This document shows, one piece after another, positions 15,216 through 33,241 of a DNA stretch of 64,000 nt; the first letter of the stretch is position 1; each line of letters begins with the position of its first letter. Position numbers and translations under genes: made by a program. The notes under the pieces were generated by a model. The model was not told the origin of the DNA. It did no database searches and saw only the letters and a list, made by a program, of their open reading frames with translations. The stretch is from the human T2T-CHM13v2.0 reference genome, Homo sapiens, in NCBI RefSeq assembly GCF_009914755.1, contig NC_060927.1, one strand, 5' to 3'.

Positions 15216-18200
15216 CTAAAATAGTGAATCCCTTACTCCTTAGCTTTGGGTGGTTTCAGACTTTCCTGAGCCTCATCTGAATTGGTAAAGGAGATCCTTA
15301 GCTAAAAGACAAGCCTAGGGAAACTGCAGGCTCCATTCCAATGATCATCTGTTATAGAGGTTCTGCAAACATTTTCCTTCACAAAGTCCATGGAGTTGTT
15401 TAATCCACAAGGTTTTGTGCATAGGAGAAAGCATGAAAGGAAGAGACAAACCACAAATATGATAGCCATTATGTATGAAGCCCTTATTAAGAGTCAAGTG
15501 TTAGGTTAATTGCTTTATGTGCTCTATTATCCTTCAACAACACTACAAGTTAGGTCTTACTATTTCCATGATGAAGCAAAGAAACTAAGGTTTAAAAGGA
15601 TTACATGAAGGACTAGGATTTGAACCTAGTCAGTTATAATACATAGAAGACATTCTTAAGTATCACGTTAGGTTGTGCTGTGTTGGAAGAAGTAACTTTG
15701 GGTCTCTCAATAAGCCATGTTCTTCTCCTATGGTGCTAGTGAAGAAATACAGGCTGTCCTCCTATGGATGTCAATTTTAGGAAAACAAAGATATGAAATC
15801 CAGGAACAACAAAGAGTCCTGGATCTGCAAAATGTGAAGGAACACCAGGGCTCCTTCTTACAGTAGACAGTTCTCCAGGAAGAAGGCCTTTCTGTTCAAA
15901 CCTGGCCCCTACTTCTTCAGTTTCAACAACCCAGACATCTCAGGAGCCTGGAACATTCTTCTGCTAGCCAGGAAGGGGTAAGTAAACCAGTAGTGTTATC
16001 TGCATTCCTAGGAAAGGACGAGTGCCAAGTAATGTTTTTTTAAAGGTAGCCATTTGCCTCAGCAAGCCCAGCATCATCCAGCAAAGTCTAATTCCTTCTT
16101 ATTCACCTTTCTTCCTCCCTCCACTCCTCAGGTGAATGCCTAATAAGTATTCCTCCCAGGCTGAGTTAAGGCACCCATTACAGGCCCTTCCCATAATCCA
16201 AAGGGGATTGGCATTTTCCTCAAACAAATAGAAGGGGGGCAGTAATAGGTATTGAGAACCACCTATGAGCCAAGCCTTTTCGTATCAGCTTCACATTGTC
16301 TTATCCTCTCTGTGCAACAGTCCAATGAGGTTCTATTATTCCCATTTTTCAGATGAGGCAGATGAGCTTTTGCTGAACATGAAAGTTTGAGTTTGCTTGT
16401 TCCTTGAAGTTTTTCTAAGACTTCTCACAAAATATCCATTCAAGAAGGCCATGAATATAGCTGTGAAGACCACTCCCTCTAGGCCAGTAAAGAACCCTCT
16501 GGCTTTTGGGGAAAAGAAATAAGAATGGACAATATTCCAGATAAAAACATAAACCTCATAAACTCCTTCTGTGGATGAAAGTAGCTCAGAGATTGAAGTC
16601 CTGGCTGTGTAACTTTCTAGGTTAATTGCTTTGATTTTAGGCAGGCACATTTAGGTAGTTTCATCTGAGTGTCTCCCTTAGAGAGAGTGTGTGCTTATAT
16701 TGTTAATCAACTTCGTATTACGTTAGAGCCTCATCTAATTTCCTTAAGAATATGCAGTGAGAAGATAGTAGCAGAGGGGAGCCTGGGGAGATTGTGCCCC
16801 ATGAGGAGTCCTAAATGGTGCTTTCTATGAGCCTAGAATACAAAGAGAAACTGGGGAGTCCTCCTTGCTCCCTAGAGGCTCCCTGCCTCTTCCCAGGAAC
16901 AGCATTAAGACTCATGTCCCACAGTGGTAGAAAGGGCAGCCTAGTTTCAGATGATTGCTCACAGCAGCCACTTCCCTTCAATAAACTCTGCTGCAAATGC
17001 ATACATCTTTGATGCCTCACTACCACCTGACACTGAAATGAAAAATGTGTCCCTCTCTTGCTTCCTGCCTTTTATTTCCGGATAGAAATATATAAGACCC
17101 TTTTGTTGCCTATCAGAGTGCCTAATACATAATTAATGCCCAGTATCAGACAGATGGATAAATGGTTGGATTAAGGAATGCATGACATTTTTTAAATGAA
17201 TGAGTGAATGAAAAACTAAGCTCTCTTCAAAACAGGCATAAAGCACTGAGTCAAAGACTGTATCCTATGTTCTCTCTGCATCAAGGAATGGCCCACAGAT
17301 GTTTCTAGATTATTTCAGTTGGCTGAACAAATTCAGAATGGCAATACTTGTCATGATTCAGGCAGCATTGTGAAACTAGATTAAACAGACTGAGCTATAA
17401 AGGAAAATGTCAGTCTACATAGAGGGAAGGTCTCAGATGTTTGCTTATGACTCTCAAACCGTGAAGTAATTGATTATGGTTTCTCTGTCATTTTTTCCTA
17501 ACTCACTTGCCCACATAAACCCCTTCCAATAATTCCTGGGAACTCTAAAAGTAAGGAATCAGCATGCTAATTAAGTTAGATAACCATCAAATTCATAAGA
17601 AATACATTTACAGACTGGCTTTTCCAAGACCATCATTCTAAATAGTGGCACATAGCAGTTTGGTACAAAAAAATCCACCAAACCATGATCCCAAAGATTT
17701 GGGTTACATGCTACCATTCATTCCTTTTTGTACCTTGGAGTCTAAAAGTTTTAATACTTCCAAGTCCTAAAAAGGCTAAGGTTTTCTCACCATAGTGTTG
17801 CCAGAAAGAAAAGCAACCTTCTGTTGCTCTTGGCTTCAAATTTATAGTATGTCACAGCTGAAAGAGACCTTAGAGATGATCCAATCTAGCATCTAGATTG
17901 TTGCTAGTTAATACAAAAACTGTTTTGCCTTCTTCCTTTTCTTTGCAGAATAGAAGGCTCATGTTTCCCCACATCTCAAAGAAAGGTTTGAGAATTAAGC
18001 CTGTACTAACCGCTGAGAACAGAACAAGTTGTTGAGTTATAATGGTCCTGGGCCTGAGTTAAATAAGTTATCAAGCTTTATTGGGCAAGGAGGAGGAAGG
18101 TCCTAAGCAAGTTTTCATAGCAGGATAGGTCAGCTATATAGGAAGAGCCTGGCAAGTGGAACTCATCAAGTTCACTGCATTGTCCAAATGCCCAGGAACT

Positions 18201-19261
18201 ACCTAGGAACCGATCTCTCATCCCCAACTACCAAGCTTCCACATAGTGGTGAATATTTTATCACCCAGGTCGAGGGGCCTTTGCCAACTGTGCCTCCCCA
18301 TGAACACCCACTGAGGACTTAACTTTGTCAGTATGCGTCACTTCCACAAAGATTTGTGATCAGGAGTGACATGTGATATCACATACAACAGTCGGCTTCT
18401 GATAACTTCCTGCAGACACCCCTCAAAACACAGCAAGAACCTGGGAACCCCAAAGAAGGGGAGGAACCCTACAATTGGAGGGGCTGAAATGAAAATCTTA
18501 AGACTGTGAGAGATGTGAAAAGTGTTTCTTCAGTAATATTTTACTTTAGATATGAGAAAATGAAAATTCACAGAGGGTTTGTGATTTTTCCCAGTCACAG
18601 AATAAGTAAAGACAGAGCCAAATCTAGAATCCAAGTTGCCTGGGTTCGTGGTCAGACATGAATAATATGCCTACAATTGCTATAACTTATAGTGCCTATC
18701 CTAAAATATTTTTAATAAGCACAACCTAAAAAGGTCAGGATAGGCAACCTCAAAATTTGTTGAAGTGAATTCCTGATTGACAGACTCCCTGCAATCATTT
18801 GACTCTCTCACATGGAACCCTAGACAAACCTTTCCCTTCACCCTCTCCAGCAGCCAGATTTCTTGGGTCTCTTGGTCTTTAGTCTTAAACTCCACGAACA
18901 GATCCAGCCTGCTTCTCCTATTATCTCCCTGAGGTGGTGACACCTGCTTATTTGTAAATCTGAAATAGGGACCTGCATTTCAAAGGACATCCTTACCCAA
19001 ACAGGGAGCCCCCTCTCCTCTTAGGCACTTTTGTATTTTGTGATGTCTGCTCCTTTTCCTATTTTTTTTTTTCTTCTTGATGGGTCTGAATTGTTTGCTC
19101 TAATTTCTCCTCCAGGTAGCCTCATTCTTGGTCTTTCCAAGAACATGATCCTTTCTTTCATCCCTTATCTTTAATTTTCTGATATGGGTTTGGTAACTGC
19201 TCTCTCCTTTGGTAACTATCAATTAACAAAATAATACCATTCATTCACAGATCTTCTCATG

Positions 19262-19292
<31 letters not shown>

Positions 19293-22217
19293 CATGCAGA
19301 GAAGAGCCCTCAGGAGTCAAAGGCCAAACCAGCACCTTTTTTCTAAGCTTGGTAGATGGACAGGAGTACAGGCCAGTAATAAACTTTGGTCATTGTAGTT
19401 AATGTCATGGATCTTCCCTACTTGAAGGGCAGGTGGTTGATGTTTTTCTAGTACTCCTGGCAGAGCTATATTGAACTTCCTATGTTCTTTTTCTCTAAGA
19501 TCTTTATAAAACCAAGAACATATTGTGGCAGGGTAGCAAAGATCATAGAGTATGGTCATAGAGAAGAGTGGCCTCACTGTTCCAGAAAGGGAACAAACCT
19601 ATGGCTTTGGAAGGCAAAGAAAGTTGACATTTACTGTGAATCTAGATTCTGTACTAAGTGTCATCACCTGCGTTGTTTTATTCTCACAGCGACCTATAGT
19701 AGGGATGGTATTATTCCCACCCTCATTCTTTTCAGATTCATAAACAGAAGATCAAAAAAAAAGTTTATGTATCCACTCAATATATTCATATTGAAGTATC
19801 CTTGATGGGGCAGGCATTAGGGATGCAATAACGACACAACAGCCACTGTCACTCTTTCATGGGTTTTGCAGCCTGTTCTCTACCAAGTAAACAGACAAGA
19901 AACAAGTAAGCCAAATAAAAAATAATTACAAATTATTTCTGCAAAAAAATAAATATCATAGAGTCAAAATAACCTAAGAATGCATGGTTTACAAACAGTA
20001 GAGGGATTTTTCCAACCCACATGTTTCTGACCCAGAGCCTGAGTTCTGTCCTTCTCAGCATCTTGTTCTTTAATCGAAGAAACTGATTTAAGAATCACCA
20101 AATTATACGTTATCATGAAAATAAGGAGAGGATGGGAGATGGTGGAATATCTGCTTTGACCTAAAACCTAGCAGGCTATTTAATTATAAGGTTTTCTGTA
20201 TATGCCAGTGAAAAATCCCTGCAGGTTTTAGTTTAGTCTACTTTTCCTTTCTGTCACTCAAGTGTCTGCTGAGGCAACTCTTCAAGGTTTAAAGGAAATG
20301 GACTCAAGACTTGGGTCACAGATCTTGTGGAAAGTGGAGCATCTTCTCTGAAATAAATGTCTGCTGTTGTTTTAACCTTGGTCTCAATTTCACTTTCCCT
20401 CCTGTGACTGGTCTACTCACATCTTTTTGTTCCAGGTGTGCCCAGACTGGGAACTTAGTCCCCTTTCCTTAATTTTACTCGAAATCTATCCTATGATGGT
20501 TTGTATATTGCACAGAACTTAAGGGCCAATGCTGGCTGTTTACATTGTGAGAGAGATAGGGAGGACAAGGGGGAGTTAAAATTGGACATTAGATTCCTCA
20601 GTCCTTAGATGCCTTTGTGCTTCTGTTAGCCACTATGTTCATCTTATCCTCCCATCAAATTGCCAGATTTCCCCTCTCCTTCACTTCTGTCCTTTCTCAA
20701 ATTCCTGTTTATGTCTTAGGAAAAATATTATGTCAGGGCCTTTTCCTTCATCATACAATTGCCTTCTTAGTCATTTCCCCTAGGCTTCATGTTCATCTTC
20801 TACATCTTAAGTGTCTTATCAGGGCACTAGCCTAAATTGATATTGTTCTTTCCCTAAGAAAAACTTTGCTGCCAGCTCTTTAAACAATGCTATTTTTCAC
20901 CCTGCTACACTTGTTTGGACACCCAAAATATACCACCAAATGAAAAAAAAGAATGCAGCAACAGAATTTAAAATGACTTTGTATTTAAAGAGTACAAGAA
21001 AAGGAAAAACAAAGTCACAGCTGACTCAACCCAACATTTTGATACTCAAGCACTGTGTAAGTCAGTGAAGGAACCTAATTAAAAGATTGCCTCCTTCTCC
21101 CAGACAGGTGTCAAAGCTCACAATCACATTGGAGAAAAAGCAAATGGCAGGACAAAGGACATTCACATCGCCACACCTTTTCACCAGTGTCATTTCACCC
21201 TTGTCCCTGGGGAGCAGCAGCAGCTGAAAACCTGTCCACAGCCTGGCACTGTCCTCTGAGGGCCACTTGAGAAGGGAAAGCAGCAGGCACTGAAGGGCTT
21301 CTCAGCATCATCCCTTCATAAAAATTGACTTCTCATTGCTCCCCCAATTCTTTGGATCAATTGTGCAGACTGAGCTGCTTAGCTGTGGATTTTGGCAACT
21401 TATTGCACGTTTCACATCATCCACTGGGCAAACACATTAACCATCTCTTCTGCTTCAGTTCACCTGATAAGTTAGCAGGCATGTCATGTGTAAATAAGCC
21501 AAGGCATAACCTCAGAAAGGACAAGAGCCTCTCATAACATGGGTCATTGAAAATACTACTTGGCTGCAGCTATCTGGCTCAAATTCAGCATTAAAAGCCT
21601 ATGTCTCATTGGATATCTCATTGCCTTGTGGAACACAGAGAAATTAACTGGGATTCTTAAATACATCACACATGTTTCCCCAGGTAGTTTTGTAAAGTGA
21701 TTAAGAACACAGACCCTGGAATCAGACTGCATAGGTAAGGACCCTATCTTTGCCATATAACGCCTAAATGACCATAGACAACTGAACTCTACACACTCTA
21801 TTTTCTCTTCTGCAATTACAGTGTGAAATTATAGTAGCTACTTCATAGAGTTGTAATACTCATACCATACCTAGAAAAGTGGTACAACTACTAATAAATA
21901 TGAGTGATTAGCAAAACATGAATAAGCAGATTCCCACCAGCTCAGGAATAGAAGATCTAAACTCCACATACCAGTTTCTAATTGAGCTAATGTGAGACCA
22001 AGGTAGGCAGCAGCATGCCTGGAACATTCAAAGCGACAAGATAAATGTAATTCATCTTCCCAAAATATCAGTTTGACTCCTAAGAAGTAATTTAAAGGAA
22101 TGAACTCATCTATCTGTATTAGTATGTATAGATCTCAAAAAAGTCATTTTTGGGTGAAGGCAAGATACAAAATTATGTATAATATAATATTTATTTTTGA
22201 AACACAAAACACTATAT

Positions 22218-22585
22218 CTGTTTTAGTTCTGGCTGTTATAACAGAATACCACAGACTGACATAAACAGTAGAAATTTATTTCTCACAGTTCTAGGGGCTG
22301 GGAGTCTGAGGTCAAGTTGCCAACATAATCAGGCTCTGGTGACTGCCCTCTTCCAGGTTGTAGACCCTAGTTCCTTGAATTCTCACGTGGGAGAAATGGG
22401 GCTGCAGTGCTCTCTAGGTCTCTTTTAAAAGGGCACTAATGTCATTAATCAGGGTTCCACTCTCATGACTTAAATTATCTCCCAAAGGCCCTACCTTCTA
22501 ATACTATCATTTTGAAAGTTAGGATTTCAAGACAAGAATTTGGGGATGGGGAGCTGGGAGACAACAAATGTTAAGTCCATAACAG
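22218..22585 (-). mobile_element. MaLR LTR, MLT1A-like
   Basis: tgttttagttctggctgttataacagaataccacagactg...atttatttctcacagttct...gtccataaca. Confidence 0.72.
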
Positions 22586-22814
22586 TATCTTTTCCCAGCA
22601 CAAATAAATGAATGCAAATCTGTAAGGAAAAACCACAAGTAAATAGTAGTAATTACTTGTGGGAAGTCAAGTGAAGACTGGGATTACAGATGGCAGTCAA
22701 GGGAGACTGTAACCATATCTATCATCTTCCAAAGGTGTTCAAGCTGGGAGGATAGATTGGTAAATCACTTGTATAATTAACTTTTTTCTTTTCAAAGTAA
22801 TTTAAAACATTATT

Positions 22815-23772
22815 TTACATTTTGGCATGTTTCTGCAGTGGCTGGTACCAGTTGTTCCTTTCCATGTTTAGTGCTTCCTCCAGGAGCTCTTTTAGGGCAG
22901 GCCTGATGGTGACAAAATCTCTCAGCATTTGCTTGTCTGTAAAGTATTTTATTTCTCCTTCACTTATGAAGCTTAGTTTGGCTGGCTATGAAATTCTGGG
23001 TTGAAAATTCTTTTCTTTAAGAATGTTGAATATTGGCCCCCACTCTCTTTTGGCTTGTAGAGTTTCTGCCGAGAGATCCGCTGTTAGTCTGATGGGCTTC
23101 CCTTTGTGGGTAACCCGACCTTTCTCTCTGGCTGCCCTTAACATTTTTTCCTTCATTTCAACTTTGGTGAATCTGACAATTATGTGTCTTGGACTTGCTC
23201 TTCTTGAGGAGTATCTTTGTGGCATTCTCTGTATTTCCTGAATCTGAATGTTGACCTGCCTTGCTAGATTGGGGAAGTTCTCCTGGATAATATCCTGCTG
23301 AGTGTTTTCCAACTTGGTTCCATTCTCCCCGTCACTTTCAGGTACACCAATCAGACGTAGATTTGGTCTTATCACATAGTTCCATATTTCTTGGAGGCTT
23401 TGTTCGTTTCTTTTTATTCTTTTTTCTCTAAACTTCCCTTTTCCCTTCATTTCATTCATTTCATCTTCCATCGCTGATACCCTTTCTTCCAGTTGACCGC
23501 ATCGGCTCCTGAGGCTTCTGCATTCTTCGCGTAGTTCTCGAGCCTTGGCTTTCAGCTCCATCGGCTCCTTTAAGGATTTCTCCGCATTGGTTATTATAGT
23601 TATCCATTCGCCTAATTTTTTTTCAAAGTTTTTAACTTCTTTGCCATTGGTTTGAATTTCCTCCTGTAGCTTTGAGTAGTTTGATCATCTGAAGCCTTCT
23701 TCTCTCAACTCGTCAAGGTCATTCTCCATCCAGCTTTGTTCCATTGCTGGTGAGGAGCTGCATTCCTTTGGA
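22815..23772 (-). pseudogene. L1 ORF1p remnant (inverted; lacks 5' UTR and first codons; premature stop at 22986-22988)
   Basis: ORF 22986-23561 reads MELKAKARELREEC...RPNLRLIGVPESDGENGTKLEN. Natural C-terminus HAKM-stop at 22829-22815. Confidence 0.93.
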
Positions 23773-23817
23773 AGAAACTGCATCAACTAAGGAGCAAAAT
23801 AACCAGCTAACATCATA

Positions 23818-27654
<3,837 letters not shown>

Positions 27655-28177
27655 ACAATGAGAACACATGGACACAGGAAGGGGAACATCATACTCCGCG
27701 GGGACTGTTGTGGGGTAGGGGGAACGGGGGAGGGATAGCATTAGGAGATACAGCTAATGCTAAATGATGAGTTAATGGGTGCAGCACACCAACATGGCAC
27801 ATGTACATATATCTAACAAACCTGCACATTGTGCACATGTACCCTAAAACTTAAAGTATAATAATAATAAAATTTAAAAAAACAAACACATTATTTCACA
27901 ACAAGCATATACGTTACCTATACATACAAATAGAAAGTAAAATTTGCATAAATTTTCAAAATAAAACATACCTTGAAGAAGTTGTTTTATTTGGGGGGCA
28001 AATTACATATTAGAGCCTCACAAAATATGCATTTACCTTGTTTTGTTGTTAAAGGAATTTTGAAAGAAAACTTTCAGAAGCACCATAGTAGCTGAATGGG
28101 ATCCTACTCCATTTCCTTCTAACTTGATTGTTAACACATTTATCCACTTACCCAGGCCAGAATGTCAGCTACCCATT

Positions 28178-28522
28178 TGTCATGCTCAGGGTTAGGTTCT
28201 AGCCCCAGCTGAGAGCTGAGGGGAATGGGTGGATGGGGGTCAGGGAGGTGGAAGAACACACAAGAGACAGCAGGTAAATGAGACATGGCTTTATTCAGCA
28301 GAGCCTTCACAGGGTCAGTGTTACATTTGTACACTACACAAAAACTGGTGGCTGAGAGCCAGGTGGGGAGCTTCTCTATGTTGTGTGTACATGGCTATGA
28401 TTATCTAAGACATGGGACTGTGCGCTTGCACCCCAATCCTGCTGCGTTATCTATGCTGTTTACCTTGGCCTATGCCTGCTGCTCTATGCCTGCTTCGCTG
28501 CAGCACAGCCATGTTCCTTACA
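28178..28522 (-). mobile_element. LTR18A/B-like solo LTR (ERVL)
   Basis: Minus strand begins tgtaaggaacatggctgtgctgcagc. TG...CA termini with 5-bp TSD ccatt (28173-28177) / ccatc (28523-28527). Confidence 0.75.
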
Positions 28523-28693
28523 CCATCTCTTCCCATTCCCTTCATATTTAACCAGTCTTCAAGGCCTGCCTCCTAAATTTCTCTAGAACTTGTCAAACTC
28601 CTCTTAATTCTCACTTATCTAGGTCATTCTTATCTCTCACCTGAATTACTGCAAAAGTCTCAAAATTGGTTCCTTTGCCTCCATTTTCATGGG

Positions 28694-28810
28694 TTTTTTT
28701 TTCTTTTTTTTTTGTAGAGACAGGGGTCTCAAACTCCTGGGCTCAAGCAATCCACCTGCATCAGCCTCTCAAAGTGTTGGGATTATAGGCAAGAGGCCCC
28801 AGGCCCAGCC
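28694..28810 (-). mobile_element. Alu monomer (FLAM-like) with internal deletion
   Basis: T tail, then gtagagacaggggtctc aaactcctgggctcaagcaatcc...gggattatagg. Confidence 0.8.
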
Positions 28811-29038
28811 TTTATGATTCTTTTTAACCCACTGACACAGTGTTACAGTCATGACCTTTAAAATGTGAATATCATCAGGCATTCTACAGCTTAGAATTTT
28901 TGGTGGCTCCCAGCATCTATAATTCATTTAAGCAACTTAGCAGCAAAAGAGATTCATGACACAAAAGGGAGGCTAACTGACCACCAGAAGTTTTGTCTTC
29001 ATTAGCATAGAGTTTTAGCTTGAAGATAGATGCTATTG

Positions 29039-29482
29039 TGTCAAACCCTATTAATCTCAATAGGGAAAACGCCAGGATCAAGAGGTCAAAGAAGAGAACC
29101 AGAGCCAGGAAACAAGACATGGGGTTCTATTAGGGGCTTATATACAGGAGAGTCCAGTGGTGGTGGGTGTGACAGGAAAACTGCAACCACTGAAAAACAA
29201 CATGCTGTTGATAGAGCATTTTCATTTGATACTCTCCCATTAATTACTTCGACCTCGCAACCTTCATTTAACCCAAAACTCAGGGCCTCAATCCCCTGTA
29301 TCACCCACGTTCTATGAAATGGGCTAGGGGGAGGGGTCTCAGATGGTCTTCATAGAAAAGGAACAAATCTCCTGATTGACTATACCAGGATTCCCTGGCT
29401 CAGAACACACACCTTCAGAAGTGTCTGCCATATAGGGCCATTCTAAGGGTATGCTTAAGTTATTGCTATCAGGGGTATTTAT
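29039..29482 (-). mobile_element. LTR47-like solo LTR (ERVL)
   Basis: Minus strand reads cctgatagcaataacttaagcatacccttagaatggccctatatggcagacac, as recalled for LTR47. Confidence 0.65.
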
Positions 29483-30014
29483 AGAAGTTCAGAAGGAAAC
29501 TGATTTCTTAGATCACCTGGCATCTAGATAAGCCAGTTGACAAAGTCTGATCTGTGGCAAGCGAGCAAATGTGATGGGTGCTTCTGTGTTTCACAGGCTC
29601 CTCCTTGCTTTCTTTTTCCTTCATCAGCTGGATGCAGATGATGAGGTTTGACAGATGGTAGGGCCATGAGATAGAAAGGACCTGGTCTGTGAATCACCAC
29701 AGAGAGGCATCTGCCCTGTTGATCACATGCATGGGAAATAAGCTCCTGTTGTAGTTAAGCTATTCTAGATTTAGGGTCTGTTACAGCAGTTGACCTACAC
29801 TAGCTAATGCAAAGGATATGGTTCCTGCTATCTCTCAATTATTCATTATTCCCAAATTCCCACTTTACATTAAAACGATACCAAACTATTTGCTTTGCTC
29901 TGAAAATAAACCTCCATTTTTTTCCTTTTTTTTCTTAACTGCCAGTGCACATTTGTTCATATGTTTTCTACTTTCTGAAATATAAAAAATGTAGTAAGTA
30001 TTGTTTATGGGTTA

Positions 30015-30442
30015 GATATGCTGGTTATGAAAATGCACCTCACAGACCTCCAACTACAGGGACTTCCATCTGCAGGGCTCCAGCTGTTGCACTCTTAAGC
30101 CCACAGTAGGGAGCTCGTGCTTCCTCCGACTGCCCCCATTATTTCAGCTAATACTAATGAAGAACTGTTAGAGACACAGAAATCGTCTGTCAATTTTGAC
30201 TGAAGGACTCCTTGATGCCCTGCTGAACCTTCCTTAGCTGCATGGAAGTCTAGGACTTGGCCATCCAATCCCCCTTCCCTCTCTCCTTCACTGAGAGTCA
30301 GATTCCCATCACAGTCTCAAGATTCATCCAGTTTCACCCACTTTCTTCCCTGTAGTCTCTTAAGTGATTTCATCAAATAAGATCCTTGCATATTTAATTT
30401 TATCTTGGTGCCTGCTTCTCAGAGAACCCCAATTTGAACACA
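30015..30442 (+). mobile_element. LTR16-like LTR (ERVL)
   Basis: gacctccaactacaggg...gggctccagctgttgcactct... and 3' end tcttggtgcctgcttctcagagaacccc. Confidence 0.55.
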
Positions 30443-31576
30443 GGATATAGTGCCAAGCATGCTGTACAAATTAGGTAATCCTCGCAAAGTCTTCTCAGAT
30501 AAGTACTAATATTTTACAAATCTCTAGACTGAGGTTTGGGGATACTGAGTAACTTTCCCATCATCTCACATTTTCATCCCCCACCCCCATTGCCTGGTAA
30601 ATTTTCACATTCAAATCTCAACTTGGGGGTCATACTTCCTACATTTCTTATCATAGAGAGGGTTAAACTACTTTTTTTTTTCTGTGCAAACTCTTCTTTG
30701 TTGATCCTGTTTTTTCACATGACTGTTTCCCCTATTAGACCTGTGAACCACCTTGATGTGAGGACTTACTCATTTCTGTATTTGTAGCACCAGTGTTAGC
30801 ACAGATGCCTAGAATAAACAATAATTAGATTCAGTTGAATTGTGTTTGATTTAGCTGTGTTGATTCTGAATGAGATAATATAGCTACGTGTGAGAAAATG
30901 AATTTTTGGTGGGTAGATTGAACTCAAGAAACAGGGTATAAAATTGAAATTTCAACTAGGCACCTATGTTTCAATAAATGTGAAACTACAAAGCAAGTTG
31001 CCAAATTAGCACTTGAAGAATTTATAAAAGAATTCTGAGAAACGGTTCTATAATTTTTGGACCTCTTGGCCAAATCAAGGAGTTAGAATATGGAAGAAAA
31101 AGACTTGCAAAGAGATTTCTTTACAGAAAATTGTTTCTCTGCTGTAAGTCTACCACCACCTAGGGGGAAGGGTATATAGTACTAATGCAATATTTTCCAG
31201 CTGCAGAATTAGATATTCCTTCCCCTCTCCACCAAGAGAAATTTAGCCAGTGAGAACAGTTAGCTGCCTTAGTGGTGTGAAGAGAAGGCTGTGTGCTTGG
31301 GATTCTTAGGGCTCTCAGAGTTCAGTGGGGCAAGGGATGCATGAATTCTTCCTGTGATCAAGAATAGGATCAGGTAGTAGAAGAGAGACAAAGCATAGAG
31401 TAGTAAGACTTTTTCCAATAGGGTCTCCTCAGGGGACAGGGTCCCCAGTAGCAAGAATATGGAGGCAAATTGACCCATTCCTGAGAAGCACTGAGGAAGC
31501 AATCCCATAAAATTATCTGTAATAGAGATGTATCCATCCCAGTCCAGGTAACTATTAAAAAGTAGAACCCAGCAGA

Positions 31577-31619
<43 letters not shown>

Positions 31620-31685
31620 CAATGAGCTAATGAAAGTGTCACACAAAAAAAGAGTTAGTTTCAAACATCTCACTAGAGGTTAGTG

Positions 31686-31945
<260 letters not shown>

Positions 31946-32697
31946 GTGCTTGACCCAAGAGCACAAAGCTAGCTGATAAAGGTGCCAGTTCAAGTAAGAA
32001 CCATCCTGTCCTCTGAATCTCCTCCCACCTCCTTCCTTCCTATTTCACCCCTCTCCACTAGAATCCCAAGCAGCAGCTGGTGAGGAAAAAGGAGAAGCAC
32101 CTGGCTGAGAAACATAGATTACGTTACCAAACCACACTTTCTCATTCACAGACTTGCTCCCTGAAGCAGACCAAAGCCAGGGTGGGGATGGAGAGAAGAG
32201 CTTTTATAAGTTCAGTTCAGGGAATTGAATGGTACCTTTGACTGAACATTTTAATCACTAAAAGCAAGCAAACTGTGTTTTTACCTGTCTATTAATAAAA
32301 GTGAACACAAAAGTCAAAGGCCCGCCTGAGTTTTCATTTGAAAGAGAAAATTATTTCCCCTGAATAAATTTTTTAAAGTTGATGGGAAATGAAAATAAAT
32401 TTGTACTTTGATGTGTGAGTGTGGCCCTTATAAGTTCTGCCTGTTCCATATGCCAGTGTCATCACTGTCAAAACCACTGTGATCATCATAATTCAGAGTC
32501 AGGGTAGACTGCAGACAAACAGATTTTCTAGAATATGGAAATCCACAGGCAGAAATACCATTCAGGCTCACCTAGGCAAGACTCTACTTTTTCTTTCAAG
32601 GTGAAGTGCTAATCTTTGTAGTATCAAGTATGGTTCAAGAGGCTCAATATTTTTTAATATTCTCTTAAGTTGGACCATATAAAATTTTAGTGCAGAA

Positions 32698-32886
32698 TAA
32701 TAGCTCTCAGAGTGTGATCTTTAGACCAACAGCATCAGCATCACCTGGGAAGAGGTTAAAAAATGCAAATTCTTAGTTCACATTTTAAATTTACTAAATT
32801 AGAAATTCAGAGTGGGGGCCCAGCAGTCTATGTTTAACAAGTCTTGTAGGTGATACTGATGGAGCTGAAGTTTGACAGCCACAGGC
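32698..32886. mobile_element. MER5A hAT-Charlie DNA transposon
   Basis: ctctcagagtgtgatc...cagcatcagcatcacctggg...aaatgcaaattct...tttaacaagtc...ggtgatactgatg...aagtttga. Confidence 0.75.
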
Positions 32887-33241
32887 GTAGCATATCCCAG
32901 AATATAGTACTGACACAATTCCCTGTATTAAAAGTCAGAAATTTTACAAAATTTTAGCTTTTTTGTTTTAAATTTAGGCAGCAATGGGACACCACCTGAG
33001 CTAGTAGACAATTGTACCAAAATATAGATGGGTATCACGTGGACACTACTAATTGAGCAGAGGAATGACAGAGCAATAAGTAATACAAGAAATTGTGCTA
33101 GCCTCCTTTGACAAGTGTTTTATGTATCAATAAGCAGTAATGGATAGGACTAAGCCTAGTACAAATGCATTTCTTACACAGGACATGTAAATATCAGGAG
33201 CATGACTATTCTGCATGAGCAATTGTTTTAAAAAACCTTAA

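Noticed and set aside
19139-19297. Poly(A) run at 19264-19292 as a short retrocopy with TSD aagaacatg/aaaaacatg
   Set aside because: The match is short and low-complexity, and there is no poly(A) signal or recognisable body.
31269-31673. 134-aa hydrophobic ORF
   Set aside because: The poly-Phe stretch comes from the A run, the start is non-ATG and there is no coding signature.
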